Below are positions 35,054 through 38,834 of a stretch of DNA of 38,834 nucleotides, piece by piece (position 1 is the first letter of the stretch; every line of letters begins with the position of its first letter). The notes beneath the pieces are model-generated. The model did not search any database, had not been told where the DNA came from, and saw nothing but the letters and a program-made list of their open reading frames with translations. The DNA lies in assembly GCA_045641485.1 (NCBI GenBank), contig JAZUHA010000308.1, forward strand, positions 1 to 38,834. Direction: 5' to 3'. The DNA comes from Acutalibacteraceae bacterium. Its GTDB lineage: Bacteria > Bacillota > Clostridia > Oscillospirales > Acutalibacteraceae. The translations under genes and the position numbers were made by a program.

Positions 35054-35071
35054 AAGGACAAGGGGACGGTT
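35054..35071 (+). repeat. left-end fragment of the MITE-like element
   Basis: AAGGACAAGGGGACGGTT matches the element terminus and then diverges. Confidence 0.45.
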
Positions 35072-35083
35072 AGCGTGAAAACC

Positions 35084-35407
35084 TCATCGTAGGAAGAGTA
35101 AAAAGTAAAGTATTGCTGAAATCACTAAAGCTATGATACCAAGTAAAAAAATATGTATTCCTTTGGTTTTTGATTTTGCAATCGGTTTGGATTTATAAAT
35201 AATCATACAGATTAAACCCGCAACAGCAACTGCGGCACCGCCTATTGCAAGCCCGCAAACTCCTCCGAAAGTTCCGTTTAAAATTCTTTCACCTGTTGTT
35301 ACCGTATTTTCCGAATCTGCTGCAAAAGCAGATAATGAAACAAGAGAAAAAACATCGAAAACTGTAAAAAGTAAAATTATCAATTGGTTGGTTTTAAATT
35401 TTTTCAT
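35084..35407 (-). CDS. small secreted/membrane protein
   Basis: 107-aa ORF; signal peptide ending SAFA-AD, Gly/Ala-rich TM and a second TM. Confidence 0.5.
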   Translation of the reverse strand: MKKFKTNQLIILLFTVFDVFSLVSLSAFAADSENTVTTGERILNGTFGGVCGLAIGGAAVAVAGLICMIIYKSKPIAKSKTKGIHIFLLGIIALVISAILYFLLFLR

Positions 35408-35447
35408 AATATGTTTCCTTGTCCTTTACCCTTATCCTTTAAATGAA

Positions 35448-35768
35448 TTATCTCTTCTTTATTTTGCCGTCAAATATTTTCTCAAACTCTTCAAATGATT
35501 CCGCAGTAAACAAAATCTTTTGACATATAAACTTTTCATCTGTTTTAAATCCGGGAAACTTAATTACATAAAAATCATCGTAATCAGTTAGGAGTTTTGC
35601 TTCGCTGACGGACTTTGTAACGGTAATACTATCTGAAACAGATGTTATAACAGAACCGTCACAATACACCTTATTCGGCAAAGTTTTTCTTTTTTGCAGT
35701 CTTCCTTTTTGTGATGTTGAAAGAATGCCCGGTAAAATAATATAGATTGTTGCAATTATTAATGTCAA
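35448..35768 (-). CDS. hypothetical protein, possibly 5'-degraded
   Basis: 106-aa ORF with only a TTG start, no SD and no internal Met; N-terminal hydrophobic segment. Confidence 0.3.
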   Translation of the reverse strand: MTLIIATIYIILPGILSTSQKGRLQKRKTLPNKVYCDGSVITSVSDSITVTKSVSEAKLLTDYDDFYVIKFPGFKTDEKFICQKILFTAESFEEFEKIFDGKIKKR

Positions 35769-35960
35769 AAAAATAAAAATATTTCAAAATTATTTTATTT
35801 TTTTCCGTATTATAACATTTTTTGTCGAAATTTAAACATATAAAATGCTAAACAACATTTTAAGTTTGTTTTAGTTTGAAGATGTAAGTATATAATAACA
35901 TTACAAGTGTTGATGAATTGAGGTGTTATTTTGGATAATCGTGTTATCGGAGATTGTATT

Positions 35961-37091
35961 ATGAATATTCTCATAGTGCCGGACTCTTTTAAGGGTTCTT
36001 TAACTTCCCCCGAAGTTTCACGTATAATTTCAAATGCCGTAAAATCAGTTTACCCCGAAAGCGAAGTCACATTATGCCCCCTTGCAGACGGCGGAGAGGG
36101 CACGACCGATGCTTTTTTAAGTGCTTTGGGCGGAGAAAAAGTAAGCATTAAAACTCACAACCCCTTAATGAGAAGTATCTCTGCTTACTACGGAATTTGC
36201 GGTGACACCGCTGTTATAGAAACCGCCGCTTCTTCGGGACTTACACTTTTAAAAGAAAAAGAAAGAAACCCGCTTAAAACAACAACATACGGCACGGGAG
36301 AAATAATTAAAAAAGCACTCGACAAAGGCGTTAAAAGAATTATTATCGGCATAGGAGGGAGCGCCACAAACGATTGCGGTGCAGGCTGTCTGCGTGCTTT
36401 GGGTGTAAAATTTACAGATGAAAACGGCAAAGATGTACCTTTAGGCGGAGAAAACCTTATAAAAATCACAAATATTGATATATCGGGAATAGATAAACGA
36501 ATTTTCAATACGGAAATAATCGCCGCCTGCGACGTTGTTTCCCCGCTTTACGGCGAAAACGGCGCAACAAAAGTTTTTGCAAGACAAAAAGGAGCAAAGG
36601 AAAGTGACATTGACATTCTCGAAAATGGTGTTATTCATTTTTCCGATATATGTAAAAACACTTTAAACAAAGATTTTTCGCAGGAAAAAGGTGCGGGAGC
36701 CGCCGGCGGTCTCGCTTTTTCACTGCTCGCATTTTTAAATGCAAAACTCATTTCGGGATTTGATATTCTTTATGATGTTTATGAACTCGGCGAAAAAATT
36801 AAAAACGCCGATTTGGTTATAACAGGTGAAGGCAAAACAGATGCTTCTTCTCTGCTCGGAAAACTGCCCGTGAGAATATCCGAAAAAGCAAAAGAGCAAA
36901 ATAAATCCGTTATGCTTTTAAGCGGAAATATTGACTGCTCCCTCAACGAACTTAAAAAGCATTTTGACTATTTCAACAAATCAATTTTGCCGACGGACAC
37001 AACCGAAACCTGCATAAAAAATGCCGAAAGCCGATTATTCCGATGTGCAGTAAATTCTCTTGAAGCACTGAAAACAACGGGAATAATCTGA
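35961..37091 (+). CDS. glxK: glycerate kinase
   Basis: 376 aa from the ATG with GGAGA SD; N-terminus ILIVPDSFKGSLTS, ADGGEGT and ITGEGKTD motifs. Confidence 0.88.
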   Translation: MNILIVPDSFKGSLTSPEVSRIISNAVKSVYPESEVTLCPLADGGEGTTDAFLSALGGEKVSIKTHNPLMRSISAYYGICGDTAVIETAASSGLTLLKEKERNPLKTTTYGTGEIIKKALDKGVKRIIIGIGGSATNDCGAGCLRALGVKFTDENGKDVPLGGENLIKITNIDISGIDKRIFNTEIIAACDVVSPLYGENGATKVFARQKGAKESDIDILENGVIHFSDICKNTLNKDFSQEKGAGAAGGLAFSLLAFLNAKLISGFDILYDVYELGEKIKNADLVITGEGKTDASSLLGKLPVRISEKAKEQNKSVMLLSGNIDCSLNELKKHFDYFNKSILPTDTTETCIKNAESRLFRCAVNSLEALKTTGII

Positions 37092-38084
37092 TTATAAATT
37101 ATAATACAACTCGGTGTTTATATCGCTGTATTCCGTCTGCCGTGACCAGTATTTAACATTGTTTATTCGGTCTGCAAGTGAAAACCCGTTGTTTTCCGCA
37201 TAAGTCAGTATATCGGCAAGTTCAATAAACCGCAGATTTAAAATGCAAAACATCAATCTGCCGTATACTTTTCCGTCAAAAATGCAGGAAGAAAAATGAC
37301 GGAATATCATATAAGCAAGTATTTTTTTATAATCTTCATCACCTGAACGGTATTTTTTAAAATCTTCCTCTTTTGATTTTACAAGAGGGAGGTTTTGTTT
37401 TATTTTTTCAATAAGCAAAAGGTATTTTTCGTCAACGGGTTCTTCTTTTTCTTTTAATAAAAGTACCTCACTGTCGGAATATTCTTTTTTATAATCTTTA
37501 TTTTCTTTGAAATCATCCGAAAGTTTTTCGCTGACGGATAAAATAAATTTTATGCAATCATTTAAAGAATTTTCCCGCCTGTTCAGTATGTAAAGCATTT
37601 TATTTCTTGCTGAGATTACTTTTTCTTCAATCAGTGCTTCTTCTTTTGTAATCTCCGCTGTATCTTCCGGAAATTCTTCTTCGCAAAGCGTAAAACCGTC
37701 TGCCGATAAAAGAAGCCTTGCCGCTTCTTCACAGCAAAGACCGAGTCCTGCTTCCTCGTAATTATACAGAAAATTGTAAAATCTCGGATGTTCACTGCAT
37801 ATTTCACACAGTGAATCCTCTCCGAGATTTTTTATTATTTCACAAAGATTGTTTTCATTGAGAAAAGCACATCTTCCGTTTTCTTTAAGACAAAAACAAT
37901 ATGCGCCGTCTTGTGAAACGGATATATTTTTATTAAGTTCTCTGCCGAAGCCGCCTTTTATACTTTTATAGTAATCAAGAGTTTCGTCATCAATATCAAT
38001 TTCCCAACCGATACAGCAGTTGTCCGTACAATTTTCCGCAGTACATCTGAACTCGTTAAAAGACTTCATCATAACGCTTTTCAT
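37092..38084 (-). CDS. Cys-rich FliB-like protein (flagellin lysine-N-methylase family)
   Basis: 330-aa ORF; N-terminal FRCTAENCTDNCCIGWEIDID ... YY and CAFL ... NLCEI patterns. Confidence 0.45.
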   Translation of the reverse strand: MKSVMMKSFNEFRCTAENCTDNCCIGWEIDIDDETLDYYKSIKGGFGRELNKNISVSQDGAYCFCLKENGRCAFLNENNLCEIIKNLGEDSLCEICSEHPRFYNFLYNYEEAGLGLCCEEAARLLLSADGFTLCEEEFPEDTAEITKEEALIEEKVISARNKMLYILNRRENSLNDCIKFILSVSEKLSDDFKENKDYKKEYSDSEVLLLKEKEEPVDEKYLLLIEKIKQNLPLVKSKEEDFKKYRSGDEDYKKILAYMIFRHFSSCIFDGKVYGRLMFCILNLRFIELADILTYAENNGFSLADRINNVKYWSRQTEYSDINTELYYNL

Positions 38085-38782
38085 AAATAATCCGCCTTTT
38101 TGATATCGGTTACTTTAATTACCCCGTCAAAACTTAAAAATTTAATTTCGCAATCCGCAAAACGCATACCGTATGTTTTTTCATCGTTTTTATATTGCGG
38201 AACAGGATTAAGTGACAAAACTTCGGTAAGTTTCAGTATAAAATCGGAAGAAAAACCGTTTTTTATATTTTCGGGAATTTCCACCTTGAAAAAATCGTCT
38301 TTATGTTCTGCGGCAAATCCGCCCTTTGCCTCGGGAACACAGTCGGTATACGGTAAATACGGTTTAATATCGTAAACGGGAGTGTTGTTTTTAAGATCCG
38401 CACCTCCGACTACCAAATACATTCCGTCATTTTCGTTTTCACAAATATTTAAAAGCGAAACACGTGAAAGACCGAGACCGTTAGGCCGAAACGGAGAACG
38501 TGTGGCAAAAACTCCCACTCTTTTATTACCGCCCAATTTCGGCGGTCTTACGGTGGGCGACCGTTTTTTACCCGTGTTTTCGGAAAATCCCCATATAAGC
38601 CAAAGGTCGGAATACTGCTCCAAACCCCTTAAAGCGTTTTTGTCACGGTATTCTTTCGTAAAAATAATTTTTGTTTTTACGCTGTTCACAAGACCGCTTT
38701 GACGAGGGATACCGAAACTTCCCGTATAATCATTTTCAGCAAATGCAACGGGAGAAATACTAACCGTAAAATCAGTCATCAC
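38081..38782 (-). CDS. trmO: tRNA (t6A37-N6)-methyltransferase TrmO (TsaA/YaeB family)
   Basis: 233-aa ORF; PRQ ... FATRSPFRPNGLGLS and TPVYDIKPY motifs. Confidence 0.8.
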   Translation of the reverse strand: MMTDFTVSISPVAFAENDYTGSFGIPRQSGLVNSVKTKIIFTKEYRDKNALRGLEQYSDLWLIWGFSENTGKKRSPTVRPPKLGGNKRVGVFATRSPFRPNGLGLSRVSLLNICENENDGMYLVVGGADLKNNTPVYDIKPYLPYTDCVPEAKGGFAAEHKDDFFKVEIPENIKNGFSSDFILKLTEVLSLNPVPQYKNDEKTYGMRFADCEIKFLSFDGVIKVTDIKKADYL

Positions 38783-38834
38783 GCTTTTTTATGCCGTAGA
38801 AGTGAATAACATTCATATCCTCTTCCATATCAAG
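38772..38834 (-). CDS. 3' end of an upstream gene, partial at the window edge
   Basis: Open frame ...LDMEEDMNVIHFYGIKKRDD-stop overlapping the trmO start; product unknown. Confidence 0.3.
   Translation of the reverse strand, partial: LDMEEDMNVIHFYGIKKRDD

Noticed and set aside
35408-35435. Right-end fragment of the MITE-like element (CCTTGTCCT), which would bracket gene 35084-35407 as cargo
   Set aside because: Only 9 nt match, and on the minus strand this sequence doubles as the AAGGA SD region of the gene. That is too short to support.

Overview
Low-GC Clostridia-type chromosomal window. A dockerin-like tail on one surface protein hints at a Ruminococcus/Oscillospiraceae-like host, but that is inference only. 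The backbone starts with murD-murI on the + strand, followed by a long minus-strand housekeeping block: DUF554, an rluA-family gene, proC-proA-proB, maf and a sugar-phosphate isomerase; then rpe-ribF-truB-nrnA-rbfA-infB-ylxQ-ylxR-nusA-rimP; a CHAP cell-wall hydrolase; pdp-cdd; and an ABC exporter. The right end carries mrp/apbC, glxK, a fliB-like gene and trmO. Three accessory segments interrupt this backbone. (i) 2.2-3.0 kb holds an orphan PBECR/RelE-fold-like nuclease gene followed by a ~105-nt four-helix structured RNA candidate with its own terminator. (ii) 22.8-30.2 kb holds a repeat-dense intergenic region, a BspA-type LRR surface protein with a long structured leader plus attenuator, and a toxin-antitoxin island. 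The island contains a RelE-type pair, an orphan VbhA-like micro-gene missed by the ORF track, HigBA, and MNT plus a nonsense-disrupted HEPN. It is built around a triplicated terminator hairpin and a duplicated operator-promoter, with a secreted lipase-like hydrolase embedded. (iii) 31.8-35.9 kb holds six small, mostly membrane-anchored proteins of unknown function (one EcsC-like) separated by ~152-nt MITE-like palindromic elements. I saw no rRNA, tRNA, CRISPR array, transposase, integrase or recognised defence enzyme. The most novel-looking signals are non-coding: the structured RNA, the repeat families and the leader. I cannot assign a defined new protein system with confidence. All family calls rest on motif recognition by eye, not database searches.
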